Positions 13,195 to 26,662 of a stretch of DNA of 64,000 nucleotides are shown here, one piece after another. Source of the DNA: Leptogorgia sarmentosa (taxonomy: Eukaryota); assembly GCA_964658305.1 (NCBI GenBank), contig OZ210885.1, forward strand, positions 23,932,001-23,996,000. Direction: 5' to 3'. The stretch's first letter is position 1, and the number at the start of each line of letters is the position of its first letter. Both the position numbers and the translations under genes were made by a program. The notes below the pieces were generated by a model. That model did no database searches, was not told the origin of the DNA, and was given only the letters and a program-made list of their open reading frames with translations.

Positions 13195-14666
13195 TCTAGA
13201 AGTAATCTTTGGAAAAGCGCATGTAGAGGTTTCAAAAGAAAATCTTTCTCTCCTACTAAGAAAATTTCCGTTAAATTCATGGATGATATCGGCCAGTCGG
13301 AGGGTGCAATTGATGCGGGTGGCCCTAAAAGAAAATTTTTAACCCTCGTCTTAGATTATTTAAGGAGTTCTTCTTTGTTTGTTGGTAAATACAATAGCAA
13401 ATTTTTAACATCTTATGCTCAGAATATGGAAAATAATGAATATTTTTTGGCTGGTCAGATATTTGCGGTAACCCTTGTTCATGGAGGTCCTGCCCCACAT
13501 TTTTTGGCACCACAAGTTTTTAAGTGTTTGATTGAAGATCCAAGCAAGCAAAAGGGTACAATAGATGATATTTATGATTTGGAAGTTAAACAAGTTTTAA
13601 ATTCTCTGCTAAGTTTTCAATGAAGTTACTGATTTTCTTTCCGAGCACTCAAGTTTGTTTGAATTAGCTGGAACTTTCAGACTAGTCAGAAACCTAGAAG
13701 ATCGCGACAGGGTTGTCGCTCAAACAGTCAACTGGTTTCTCTTCGGGAAAACACGACCTGCGCTTGAAGCACTGAAAGAAGGACTTAAACTTTGACAGTA
13801 TTAGAACAGATTGAAAAATATCCCAATGCTTTTGAGCCTTTGTTCATTTATCATCACAAGAAGCTTACAGGTGACGATATCACTACAATTTTTAAAGTAC
13901 AACGCAGTCTTCCTGGAAGAACAAGTTTCAAGTCTAGAAGTAATCTTTGGAAAAGCGCATGTAGAGGTTTCAAAAGAAAATCTTTCTCTCCTACTAAGAA
14001 AATTTCCGTTAAATTCATGGATGATATCGGCCAGTCGGAGGGTGCAATTGATGCGGGTGGCCCTAGAAGAAAATTTTTAACCCTCGTCTTAGATTATTTA
14101 AGGAGTTCTTCTTTGTTTGTTGGTAAATACAATAGCAAATTTTTAACATCTTATGCTCAGAATATGGAAAATAATGAATATTTTTTGGCTGGTCAGATAT
14201 TTGCGGTAACCCTTGTTCATGGAGGTCCTGCCCCACATTTTTTGGCACCACAAGTTTTTAAGTGTTTGATTGAAGATCCAAGCAAGCAAAAGGGTACAAT
14301 AGATGATATTTATGATTTGGAAGTTAAACAAGTTTTAAATTCTCTGCTAAGTTTTCAATGAAGTTACTGATTTTCTTTCCGAGCACTCAAATTTGTTTGA
14401 ATTAGCTGGAACTTTCAGACTAGTCAGAAACCTAGAAGATCGCGACAGGGTTGTCGCTCAAACAGTCAACTGGTTTCTCTTCGGGAAAACACGACCTGCG
14501 CTTGAAGCACTGAAAGAAGGACTTAAACTTTGACAGTATTAGAACAGATTGAAAAATATCCCAATGCTTTTGAGCCTTTGTTCATTTATCATCACAAGAA
14601 GCTTACAGGTGACGATATCACTACAATTTTTAAAGTACAACGCAGTCTTCCTGGAAGAACAAGTTT
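13195..14666 (+). repeat. Tandem duplication with 738-bp period (13195-13928 and 13933-14666, 4-bp filler CAAG)
   Basis: ORF-track peptides repeat with a 738-bp offset. I noticed only two substitutions between the copies. Confidence 0.95.
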
Positions 14667-14753
14667 GAAACGGAAAATTTATTGCTTTCATTTTGGCATG
14701 ATTTGTTAATGGACATCGGATGGGGAAAGTGCAATAACACTGGAGATGGTTTT

Positions 14754-15142
14754 GTATCTGCGTGACGTAGTGACGCAGATATATTGCTATCGTCTTGTAA
14801 CTGTAACCGTAACCGTGCTTGCAGCAATTCAGAGCAGAGCTTTTCGCATATCGATAATTTCCGATGTTGAATTCGTGCGGCGTCGTGTCTCATGTTCGCC
14901 ATTTGTTTCAAAACAAACAAAACTACGTTTCAAACTACGAAGCGAGCAAGTTTGCAAATCGTTTAAAATATTGTACTTTTTTTCTCATTTCTATCCTACT
15001 TTTGTCGCCATTTTATACGGATACCTATCTTGATCTGGTAAGTGTAAACATGACAGAATTACAGCAGGTTTTACGGGTTGTTTGGATATCAAAAGTAGGA
15101 TAGAAATGAGACCCTGCGTGCCGCAGATTTATACGCAGATAC
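14754..15142 (+). mobile_element. Helentron-associated (HINE/DINE-1-like) non-autonomous element
   Basis: Inserted in a T run. It has a 5' hairpin TATCTGCGT-9 nt-ACGCAGATA, then a (GTAACY)n microsatellite, and a distal inverted copy ACGCAGATAC at 15133-15142. Confidence 0.5.
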
Positions 15143-16561
15143 GCAAAAATATTACGACGCAAATTATACATTGGCATTGCTTTCAAAGATATTAAAGAGG
15201 TTTGCTATGGAATTTAGATCATCAAAGCAGAAGGATCACGATGCAAATTATACATTGTATTACCTTAAACACACACAGCGAATATTATACACGTTATGAA
15301 AGAGGTTTATGCTGGCTTGACAAAATTGCGCGTATATTTTCCCTACGATACTTTAGCGTGTCGGCACTGAAACATTTGTACATGTACATGTTTGGAATAC
15401 ACGCGGTGTCATTGTGATCACGGAATATCTACTATATTTTGCCGCTTCGCCATACTGAATGGTTGAAACATTCATCCCAGGAAAATAGATTTTGTAGCTT
15501 GTAATGAGACAAAACAAAGGAAATCATATATAGTTTCAAGTATTCTGTTTTGAACCTACGCGCATACCGATCATACACTTGAGCGTCTAGGCAAATGCTG
15601 CATGAATCAATGGATAGAATATAGTGTATATAAATATATTATAATATGGTTTTCAAAATAGTAAATTTGGTTTTTAGAAAGCCACATTCTTCACAAACAA
15701 TCGCAAAGCGCTGTCTCTATTTTAAAGACGCAATTGCATAAAATACGATATCATATTTCGTCAATTTTAAATTCATTATGCAATTTGATATGATCGCGCG
15801 AATTCCGGAATGCGAGATAGCTTATACAATGAAAGCTTATATCAAGTATTGAATGCGTCTGACGTTTTAACCACGCACAACCTCACACCTTAAAAGAAAT
15901 TAGTATTTGCGTTTTGGAGAGATTCCCCCTATTGGCTTCTTGCCTAAGGTTCCTACGCTGGCATTTCTTCACGATGGTTTTGGTTACTGGTGAACAGTTG
16001 AACATCCAACATGCCCAAGCAGTTACACAAAAACTTTTTCTGGAATTTCATTGATCTTAAAACTGGATTGTTGATATTTTTAGTTGTTGCAATTTCAGCC
16101 ATTATACAATAGGTTTCACAGGGAAACGGTATTTCACAAGGAAAGGGTGGTGTTAAAGTTGTGTTGGTATAGTAATTATGTATGTTACATAATTTATTTC
16201 GATACGATCTTAATTAATTATGAGACTATATGATTAACAATTATTAAGACTACATGAAGTAGAGCAGGGGGCATGAGCCTGCGAGAGAAAGAAACGAACG
16301 TGAGTCGTACGTTTTGTTAAAGGGTTTTTTGTTTTCTCACTGTATCTCGCCACAGTGTTTTACCGCAGAAAAAATAAAAATTACCAAAAGGCCCGTTAGA
16401 ACTGTGGTTATCAGTCTTAACACTATTACAATACAGTAAAACACTCGTGGAAATTATTATCGAAGAGACGGCAGAAGGCTAGAAAGGAGCCAAAACTTCT
16501 GAGAAGTTGTTCGAAGCTAGTTCAAGTGTCAAAGTCTTCGGTAGACTGTTCTGAGGAAAGA

Positions 16562-19500
16562 ATGAGTGTATTGGAGAAGAAACAAGAATGCAGTAAAGCC
16601 AAAACAGCAGTGACTTTGGCGTCGAGACGTCTCATAGGTGCAGCTCACCGAGATGTCGAATATGACTGAACTCGAAAAGGTTTACGATGATTTTTGGGTA
16701 GTGAATGAAGAATTCGAGTTGATAGTATCACAGGAAGAAAATAGTGAGCATCGTATGGTGAATGGAGAGGATGTCCATGAGTACAGAAACAATGTTAAGA
16801 AGTGTTATGAGGAAGCAAGAGAAGTGTTCTTAACTCAGAAGACTGCTACGCCTGAGCCTGATAAGTTCTTCACAGTCAACACAAGATATGCATTTGCAGA
16901 GTGAAATTAATGACATTATTGGAAGAGCTTACAGTCAACTTAGAGCCTTGAAACTGCATATACAAGAGTCACAAAATATCAGTATGACCCCTTCACCTAT
17001 CAGTAAAGACCCACAAACTGTGGAGGCTTCATCAGTTCCATCAAAAATCCAGTGCCATCCAAGGAAGTACATGTTAATGTAACAAACCCTTCAAGCTCCT
17101 TAGACGTATCAGTTGTGAGCGATCAAAATGCCCCTACAGTCACTGTGCCGGATTCCCCTAACACCATTAATGTGTCAGCAGCTGAATTTGTCCCCTCAAC
17201 CACTCCATCAGGAGCCACTTGTGACCTAGTCGTGACTTCAGCTAGTAACACTCATATGGTCACCAGTGAGCAGCCCACCCAAACAAGTACCAGCTCAGTC
17301 CTATACCCAACTGAAGTGAACGTGGAGCAAACTTCATCCCACCCAGGTCAGACATTCACATACCCTGGTACCACCTTGAATAACCCACCTCCTGAGAGCC
17401 AAAGTTCAACTACATTTCAATACTCTGGGACGAATCTTATGGCTACCCTACACCCACCTGTGAACCCCAGTGTTACTACCCCACCCCAATACCCAGATGG
17501 TAATGTCATGTTCAATCCTCCAACTAATGTTAACCCTGGCATCCCTTCCCTGCTATATCCACCTACCCACACCACCCTACCACAGCTTGGAACAACAACC
17601 AACTTTAGTCCCTGTTCGCTGAGGTATGCGGGCCCTTCCCAGTCAATAAACCAGACCACCATCAGTCCATCAACCTCTCTTCAGAGTAGTCCCTCCCATC
17701 CTGTGTACCATGGTATTACATCGTTTGCTAATTATCCACTGGCAACCACTCCCATTTCCCAGCCAACATCACAACAGCCCCCCCCCTACTGGTTTGGAAC
17801 CTCCAGTCCAACTAAAGAAGATGTCCCTACCAACTTTTACTGGTCATAGAAAGGACTGGCCAGAATTTAAAGCCTTTTGGAAGTCCGTGGCAGAAACGGC
17901 ATATTCTAATAAAACAGCCCTGGCACACGAGCTCAAGAGATCGGTGAAGGGAGAGTCTAGCAAGCGGATAAAGTCAGTCTATGTTACAAAACCAGAGGCC
18001 TATGATGTAATGTGGCGGAAGCTAGAAAGTTATTATGAAGATGTTGGTGCTAGCGTGCAGGCTCCTTTAGAAGATCTACATAAATTGAAGGAAGTAATAA
18101 ACGACTATCAAGGGTTGGTTGAACTTGTGGACGAGGTGGAGTCTGCCTACTGCCAGTTAGAAGAATTAGGAAACTTAAATGTTCTCACAATGAGGGATGT
18201 TGACTTTGTAACGGAACTGTTGCCCTCTCATATGAAAGTTTATTGGCGACGAAAATACCGAGATATGAGTTCCACCGAGAAAGTACATCCTTTCATTCCC
18301 TTCATGAAGTTCTTAGAAGGTGAGAGAGAAGCTGTTGCGCATATTGCAGAAGTCCAACCACGAAGAAGAAAAAGAAATTCCTTCCATACCAAGAACCACT
18401 AAAGCCCAAAGAAATTTTTTAAATGTGCGTTCCCCGCGCATAGAAAAGATGCCATCAATCATACTATTGAAGAATGCAAGGAGTTCCAAAAACGGACGGT
18501 TAAAGAAAAATATGCTAATAAAACATATATTATATAAAACTTTTATATAATAAAACTTTTAAAGCAGGTAAACGCTTGCTTCCGTTGTTTTGGCAATCAT
18601 CAAAGGCGAGAATGCCCAAGAAAAGATCACTGTTTGTGTGGAAGTAGCCAGCACCATCGGTCCCTGTGTGAGCACCAAAGCACGAAGAAGAAAACTGACG
18701 ATGAAGAGGAATCAGCTCGTAAGGAAACCCATGTTTCACAAAGCGATGCTGTGTCGTTGTATCCCATTTATCAATCTGCAGTCTGCGGAAGTGACAAGAC
18801 TGTAACAGTCTTTTGCGACGGAGGATCCAATGCTACTTACATAACTCATTGCGCAGCTAATAGAATAAAGGCAAAGAGACTGGGGAAGGTCACCCTTGAC
18901 GTAACTACTATGGGAAATGTTGAACAAACCCATCACACCCAACAGTACCAATTCGCTATACCTACGAGCTCTGGTAAAATGGTATCTATCATAGCTTATG
19001 GGATGGAAAGAATAACTGGTCCTGTTAGTAAATTGGACAATGAAATCTTAAAGAAGTTATTTCCGGAATACGATCCAGAGTTGCTGCAAAGAAAGTCAAA
19101 TTACGTTGACATTCTACTTGGTTGTGACTACTTTGGGTTACACCCCAAGCGAGAGGAAGCCTGTTGCGGAGACAACCTCAGTATTATGAGTGGTGAATTA
19201 GGTGTTTGCATACAGGGAACACATCCTGAGCTCTATGAAGGAACAAAACCCGATTCCAATCTGGCTAAGGTGATCAACAATGTGAGAGTCAAGGTAGAAA
19301 CGTATGAAGTCCACCTCGAATCACACCCCCAGTTCATGGCGACCCCTCCATTCAGATGTCTAGTAGTACGTGACCAGGAGTCCACCAATGTGGCGAAAAG
19401 TGTCTACTTGTTAAGGGACAAACGTGACAAAATTGATAAGTTTGTTCTTGGGGAAGAATTGGGTACTGAAACAACCCCTCATTGTGGTGGCTGTCGTTGT

Positions 19501-22500
19501 GGTAAATGTCCTATACTTGTTCAAAGAGGAGCAGGAGCTTAAAGTCATTCGTGAAAATTTGGAGTACGATGAATCTTGCCAGTGTTGGATAACCAGTTAT
19601 CCTTGGATCGTGGATCCTAAAGGCCTTCCAAATAACTACAACGCTGCTTTGGCTACCTTGGAAAAGACGGAACGCACTCTCCTGAAGGACGAACATTGGG
19701 CGAATATGTACAAGCAACAAATGGAAGATATGGTTATTCGCAAGGTAGCACGCCCTCTCACGGCCACGGAACTACAAGAATGGACCTGTGTTCTATATAT
19801 CTCATCTGGCTGTGTACAACCCGAAGTCAAATTCCACACCCGTTCGAATCGTATTTAACTCCAGTCAGGTCTACCAGGGGGTTTCTTTGAATTCCTGCTT
19901 AGCCAAAGGTCCCGACAGTTACATGAACAATCTCATTGGAATTCTGTTGCGTTGGTCCGAAGAGACTGTGGCGTTAGTAGGCGATATACGAAAGATGTTT
20001 AATTCCGTGTACCTCAAGGAACTGGAAAAACATTGTCACCGTTTTCTCTGGAGAAATCTAGAAGTTCACCGTCAGCCAGATGTCTACGTTATGGAACGGG
20101 GTCAACATGGGCAACACACCGGTGCCTGCGATAAGTACCGAAGCGATATATAACAGTGCTGACCAATTCGAGAAAGAAAGTCCCGAAGCAGCCAAGTTAT
20201 TAAAACGATCTAGCTATGTTGACGATCTCATCGACTCACGACCATCTCTCAGTGATGCTGTCCATGTCGCCAAAGAAGTCGAGGATATGTTGGCAAAAGG
20301 AGGGTTCTCCGTAAAATGCTGGCAACTGAGTGGCAAAGGAAATGCGCGCATCGGTCTTGGTCAAGAGGGAGGTCACATTGCCAATGTAGACGAAACCAAA
20401 TCCTTAAGTCTGTTGAAAGGAACCGAATCGAATGTGAAAGTTCTTGGTCTCGCGTGGCATCCTAAAGATGATATAATATTTTATGAGGTTACGTTGAACT
20501 TCAGTAAGAAGAGACGTGGAGTTCGTACAGGCCCCGATTTGAAAACCATTGATTTGCCAAGAGCGTTGCCAGAAGTTCTGACGAAACAAACCGTTCTCGA
20601 GCAGATCATGAAAATCTACGATCCTCTGGGACTCGTATGTCCATTCACGCTATTAGCTAAGGTATACTTACGCGAAGTCTGGTCTCAAAAACTTGATTGG
20701 GACACACCTCTGCCTGCAGATCTCACGGCGAAATGGATTCGTTTCTTCACCACCTTATTTCGACTTGAACAATTACCGTTTTCCGCGCTGTTTACGACCG
20801 GAGGATGCGATTGGACGCCCGTGGCTCATCATTCTCAGTGATGGAAGCGACTTAGCGTATGGATACGCGGCGTATATCAGATCGACGTTACAAAATGGAA
20901 CATATTGGTGTCGACTGATCATGGCAAAGTGCCGAATAGCTCCCTTGAATAAATTGTCCACTCCGCGAATGAAACTGAACGCTGCAGTGTTGTCAAAGCG
21001 AGGGAGGAAGGTTATTGAGTCAGAGATGCGTTTTGATTTCGAAAGAGTTCTTCAGCTGGTCGACTCTGAAACTGTTCTAAGTATGATCAACAAAACAATT
21101 ACCCACTTCAAGGTCTATGAAGGGGTAAGAGTTGGTGAAATCCAAGCCGCCACAGATGGTGACCTGTCTTGCTGGGCTTGGTTGTCTGGTCAGAATAACA
21201 CGGCAGATTGGCTCACGCGCGGTCGTAACCCTGATGAATTAGGTGAAGAATCAGACTGGTGGAACGGACCTCCTATTTTGTATTGACCTATTGAGTCCTG
21301 GGGGTTAAAGTTTGGCATCCAGAAAAGCGAGATTCTACCAGGAGAAAAGAAGCTCCGCTATACCACAGCACCCGATTCCAAAGTTCCTTTTATGGATTAC
21401 AAGAGGTTTAGTAACGTTGACAAGATCATATGGGTCGTAGCGAGAATCCTTAGTGCCCTCAAACACGAGTCGTTACATGGGGAAGAAACTTCGCAAATTA
21501 CGCCCCAAGTACTCAGAGAAGCTGAGGATTTCGTAGTGAAAGCAGTGCAAGAAACGTTGAAGGACGAGATGGCAAAAACTGATCACAAAGGACGAAAAGG
21601 TGGTCGCTATGCATGTTTAAATCCTGGTGAAGACGAAAGAGGACTTTTCGTCGTTGGTCAACGATTGAAGAGCAGAAATCCGATGACTCCAGACGCGTCA
21701 CTACAGAGGTTACTACCTTCTCGCCACCCGATCACTCAGTTATTCATGGAGCGGGCGCATAAAGATTGCGGACACAGGGGGAGAGATCCGACCTTGGCAT
21801 GTTTCAGACAGAAATATCGGGTCGCTCACAGGAGCAAGATTGCACAATCCGTTAAGAGCAAATGTCAACTCTGTAAGCTTCGTGATGTGAAACTAGGAGA
21901 GCAAGAAATGGGAAGGCTGCCCGAAGCGCGACTCAAGCCGGCACCGCCATTCACCTACACTATGGTAGATCTATTCGGCCCATACATTGTTCACGGCGAA
22001 CCAGTGGGAAAGCGTACGGTGTCATCTTTACAGATTTAGATTCCCGAGCAGTACATATAGAAGCGGTTTACGGTTATGATACATCTTCCTTTCTTATGGC
22101 ACTTAGTAGATTCGCAAGCATCCGCGGATGGCCGGAGTACATCTACAGCAACCCAGGTTCGCAGCTAGTTGGGGCTGAAAGAAGTGTGGGAGAAAATCGA
22201 TCGAACTGAGTTACACAAGAATGGCGTAGGAAACGGCTTAACGTGGTATTCGGATCAGCAGATAGTCCCTGGCATCAGGGAGCAGTCGAGTCTCTAGTAA
22301 AGGCGGCGAAGAGAGCAATTGTCTATGCGGCGGGTAAACGGCGTCTCACAGTGCCCGAGTTCCTGACAGTGTGTACAGAAGCTGCTAGTTCCGATTGGAA
22401 CTCTGCCGTCGTCCGATTCCGATCTTAATGTTATCACACCGAACAGTCTCCTGCTAGGACGTTCAACAGCCAAGAACCCGTGTAAGTGGCAACCCTTCAC

Positions 22501-22879
22501 ATACAGCAAACATCCAGCGACGAGATACCATTTAGTGCAAGCCGCCGTTGAGGACTTCTGGGAGAAATGGGTGCAACTATACGCCCCTACGCTAATCGTT
22601 CGTCGGAAGTGACATGTGAATACGAGAAATTTACGCCCAGGAGATGTTGTAATTGTGGCGGATAAAAATATGATGCGAGGGAATTACCGTCTAGGAATGA
22701 TACAAGAAGTGTTTCCGGACGAGGACGGAAAAGTTCGTCGTGTTCTTGTGAAGTATAAAAATTTCCACGTTGGAAAGGATCGTTCGTGCTATGGTATCAG
22801 CGAAGCTGTCACAGTTTCCCGAAGCGTCCAACGTCTCGCCTTACTGGTACCCGTAGAAGACAAGGACGAAACTGTATAG
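16562..22879 (+). pseudogene. Bel/Pao gag-pol polyprotein with many frameshifts
   Basis: DUF1759-like LPTFTG..WPEF; Cys/His knuckles; protease VFCDGGSNATY; RT (RIVFNSS, KGPD, GDIRKMF, SYVDD); YDPLG; RNase H SDGSDLAYG; integrase H..GH...C..C, VDLFGP and GAVESLVK; DUF5641-like RPGDVV...RSVQRLALL. Confidence 0.92.
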
Positions 22880-22905
22880 AATATCGAACAAATAGGAATT
22901 ATAAT

Positions 22906-25900
22906 CAGGGGCATCGGAACACTTGGAGAAGTGAGGGGGCCCAAGTATCACACGCCGAAGCGATCTAGGGGGGTCCGGGCCCCGGGGTCATCTCCCTCGG
23001 AAAATTTTGTAAAATAGAGTCTCTGAAATGGCATTTTCTGCATTTTGGGAGAAATATTCTCAGAATTCTAAAGGTACAAAAATGTCATAAATGTCACACG
23101 ATTTTCCGATATTCGGACAACAGTTTTCTGACCTGTTACAAAACTCTGATAAAAAAGTGAATTTAAAAACTGAATTCAATGACCAACGTTGTATGAATCA
23201 AAAAAGGAAACTGAAAAGCTATAAGACCATAGGCATAGAGAATGAAAAAAACAATTGTTTTATCGGTACATTCTCGTAGTAGTAGTTTATAATCTTTCTG
23301 AGTTTTGACGATCAGGCAGTAGAAGTTAAATCAGTGAATAAAATTTATTCAGAAAGATTATAAACTACTACTACGAGAATGTACCGAAGTATTTCATCCT
23401 TCTGTCATTTGCACTAGTGAACTCTTTGGCTGCTTCAAAGAGATCAACAGCGTCAGTTCTGTCACTATGTACATAGCATGTCACTGCGTAATTCATTTTC
23501 TCTTGGCCCATCGTGTTTCGCAAGTATGTCTTAATTTGACGAAGTGCCGAAAAACTTCTCTCCGAAGTGCTGGAGGTTACTGGGACTGTAAGATACAACT
23601 GAAGCATCTTCCTGACTTCACTGAACATCGATCTAACTGCTTTATTGTCCGACTCGACGAGAGCTTGAGTGATCGTGTCAACATTCGTCACTTTTCGGCA
23701 ATGACTGCAAAGGTCTGGAAGGCATTTGAGTTGCTGATGCAGCCAGTCAAAATCAAGGTCATTTTCATAGCACGTTCTGACTTCTGGGGGAATCTGAACT
23801 TCTTTTCCGTTTGCGGTCTCGATCAAAATTGCTTCTACCTTTCGAACAAATTTAAATGAATGTTGATCAAAGCGATTAGTAATCATTAACCTCAAAATAA
23901 ATATGCTTGAAATGAGCTTTAGGCGTGAGGAAAGCATGGTTTTCCACACCATCATCTATACGCCTCGGAACTCTCCTGTGTCGTGGAAGTTTTGGCTTGT
24001 TAACCTGCTCGATCTTTTCAGCTTCGTTTAAGACATGTGAGTAAAACTTTTCAAATCCGTCATCATTTCTTTCCCGTTGATAATGTGCCTTAGTCAGCGA
24101 TGCTGCTTTGAAAGCGTCCTGTGCAGATATGTCTTTACTCTGCAAAGTTTGAGACAGTTGCTCGGAGGGAGCAAAAAGATGATGAGCAAGTTTTAGTCCA
24201 AAGAAGGTTGAAAACTCTTCCATCGACACTAGAATACCGCCAGCTCTTATTGCATGATCGTCAGTTCCTGCATTGACCTCTATCAATGTTTGGAGAAGTG
24301 CAGTATAATTCTTCAGTACCGAGTATATCGATGCCGCTCTCATGGTCCATCGCGTTGGGCAAAGCTTTCGTAATTGGGGAGTTTCCGGAGATTCTTCCGC
24401 TTTGATATTTTTAAATACTTGTGATCGCTTAGGCGAAGCTTTGATCAGCTTTAGGATTTCGTTAACGAGGTCAAGAGCATCTTGAACAAACTGGCATTGC
24501 TTAGTAACATCTTGCAAAGCTAGGTTAAGACTGTGAGCTAAACAATGCACGTGAATGGCAGAAGGTTCTTCTTCTTGTATTCGGGTTGCCACTCCTTTAA
24601 TACTTCCTTGCATGTTACTTGCTCCATCATAAGCTTGGCCGCGGCAGTTTCTGATTGGAAGATTCAATCGAATGAGAACATCTTTAATTACATTAAATAG
24701 AGTTTCTCCAGTGGTATCTGGGACAGCTACCATTCCTACTAGATCTTCATTAACGACAAAATCTTCTCCAACCCATCTTATTGAAATGCTGAATTGTTCT
24801 TGACTTGCAATATCGGATGTTTCATCAGCTATTAGAGAGAACCACTGGGCATTTCGAATATCCCCTGCAAGATCTCTGAGGATACGTTTGCCCACAATTG
24901 ATGCTTGCTCATTAAGGATATCAGGCGAAAAGTATTTTTTCTCTGAAATCCAGTGTTTTAGAGCTGGCACATCAATCGACCTAAGCTTCAGCAACCGTGC
25001 CAGATTCCCTTCATCGCTTTTATGGCCACGCACCGCAAGTCCTTGACGAAGAAGATAAGTCAAACTCTCTAGTTGTTTGAGCAAACACAATCTTCTGGTT
25101 TTTTGTTCTGCTTTTAGCTGATTGGACAATTGCTGCGATACTGGTTGCTGGTTTTGACTGGCCATGTACTTCACACTTGCTTCGCGATGACATAACGAAT
25201 GCTCATGTCCTTTGAACTTTTCAATTGCTTTCTTCCAGTTGTTGAATCCATCTTTTGTAAACGCTTTTTCGGCATTCTTGCTGAAGGTTAAGGAGTTTCG
25301 TCCATCTACTTTTCGGCAAATGTAACAAAACAGTTTATTCCGAGACTCACAAAGTGTCAGCCAGCTGAAAGATGTAAACCACTGTGGCTTGACGCAACGT
25401 TTCTTCTTTTTGTTACCTGACGTGTATTCGATTCCAGTATCAGATGGTTGATTAGGTGAGGAATCAGAGGTGCAACAAAGTTGCTTGCAAGAAATATGTG
25501 TTTCCTTAAAGAAGTAAGATAATATAGCAATAAATCGCACAGATAATATATTTACTAAAAGTCTAAAATATAATAGTATAAATACATATTATTAACAAAC
25601 CATTTGACACCTACTTGAGCGCTGTTGCGAGTATTGGAAATGGATAAGGAATCCTCGACTCTGCCGTCCTTGTTTTCACTGGAGGTGGATCTTTGATCAA
25701 CTTCCAAAGAGTCTGTTTCTACATTACTTAAAACCGTCTCTTCTTCAACTGTTTCTGGAGGATTTGGTACTGGTTGTGGTTCTGTATCGACATGGAATCT
25801 TTTTAATAAACAAAGTATAATCAGGTTCAGAACGTATTTTACTAACATTCTTTTTAATTTGAAATGTTAATTAATAAAAAAATAACTGTACCTTTTAGAA

Positions 25901-26324
25901 AAGAAGGTTTCGATACCCAATTGTTTTCTTTTGCTCATCTTTTATGCATGAGATCAGAGGCCATTTCGGCATTTGAATCATAGCCGCGACGCCCGCAATG
26001 AATGGTCAGCGTCTCAGCGATGTTGCGGCTACTTCATGTTATACCTGATTATACTAACTAAATATCTTCGCCAAACTTGGCCCAGATGGATAATTTGTCC
26101 CATATATATATAAACATGGCAATGGTTTTTTTTACCAGCGATTTCATTTCATTTTTATTTTGGTTTGTAAAAAGTGTTTCTTCCTCGTCATCTGTAATGA
26201 CAGCTTTGTAGTTTCTAACCGAACTTTGCTAAAAAGTGGGGGGACCCAAAGATATCCAGGCCCCCCCAACTAAAAAAGTGGGGGGGCCCAGGCCCCCTCG
26301 CACCCCCCAGTTCTAACGCCCCTG
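22906..26324 (-). mobile_element. hAT DNA transposon (ZMYM1-like transposase family)
   Basis: Ends CAGGGGCATCGGAAC...GTTCTAACGCCCCTG. Perfect 8-bp TSD ATTATAAT at 22898-22905 and 26325-26332. Confidence 0.93.
23371..25938 (-). pseudogene. hAT transposase (TTF-type zinc finger, DUF4371-like region, hAT dimerization domain); spliced 5' exons; one frameshift near 23900
   Basis: WFTSFSWL..CYIC, IADETSD, QAYDGASNM, HCLAHSLNL, PTRW, PVTSSTSERSFSAL. ATG at 25938 is followed by short GT-AG introns. Confidence 0.92.
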
Positions 26325-26662
26325 ATTATAATTCCTGTTTTGTTGAATATAATCGTATCGATCTCATCCCTCCGGTGTGATTGTTTTTGTATTGAGATTT
26401 GCTTTTTAATCTTTAAACAAGTAGCCATATAGAAGCATAAAGGGTTAGTTTTAGATTCACCAGTACTTCCTTAGGGCTACTGTAGTATTTCTGTTGTGTT
26501 TTCTTTTTTTCCCTGTCTAAAGGAAATCTGTAAATTAATGTAAGCTAGTGTTTTATGAAAGAACTTCAAATTTAAACACGATCTGTTTGATACAATATTA
26601 AGAAACAGAAAACAGGCAAAGTTTATATCTCAAATATAGTTTTGATGCTGCTACTTTACGTT

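Larger units (their letters stand above)
10821..14753 (+). pseudogene. HECT-domain (G2E3-like) E3 ubiquitin ligase gene of IS3EU copy 1; disrupted, C-lobe lost
   Basis: ATG at 10821 next to the TIR, small exon-like segments, a Ser-rich linker (12137-13144), then HECT N-lobe motifs ISVKFMDDIGQSEGAIDAGGPRRKFL and YFLAGQIFAVTLVHGGPAPHFL. It has frameshifts, stops and an internal duplication, and is cut off after TLEMVL. Confidence 0.8.
16151..26370 (+). mobile_element. Bel/Pao LTR retrotransposon, degenerate; 3' LTR missing; interrupted by a hAT element
   Basis: Probable 5' LTR TGTTAAAG...AATAAA...ACAATACA (16151-16435), followed by gag-pol remnants. No second LTR copy appears after the hAT insertion. 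Confidence 0.8.

Noticed and set aside
12137..14753. Host G2E3-like E3 ligase gene
   Set aside because: It lies inside TIRs with a perfect TSD and is paired with a transposase, so it is treated as transposon cargo.
15990..16150. Penelope-like terminal fragment
   Set aside because: Only a vague motif resemblance, with no RT or GIY-YIG coding sequence.
23371..25540. Host ZMYM1 gene
   Set aside because: It is bounded by hAT TIRs and an 8-bp TSD and has no MYM fingers.
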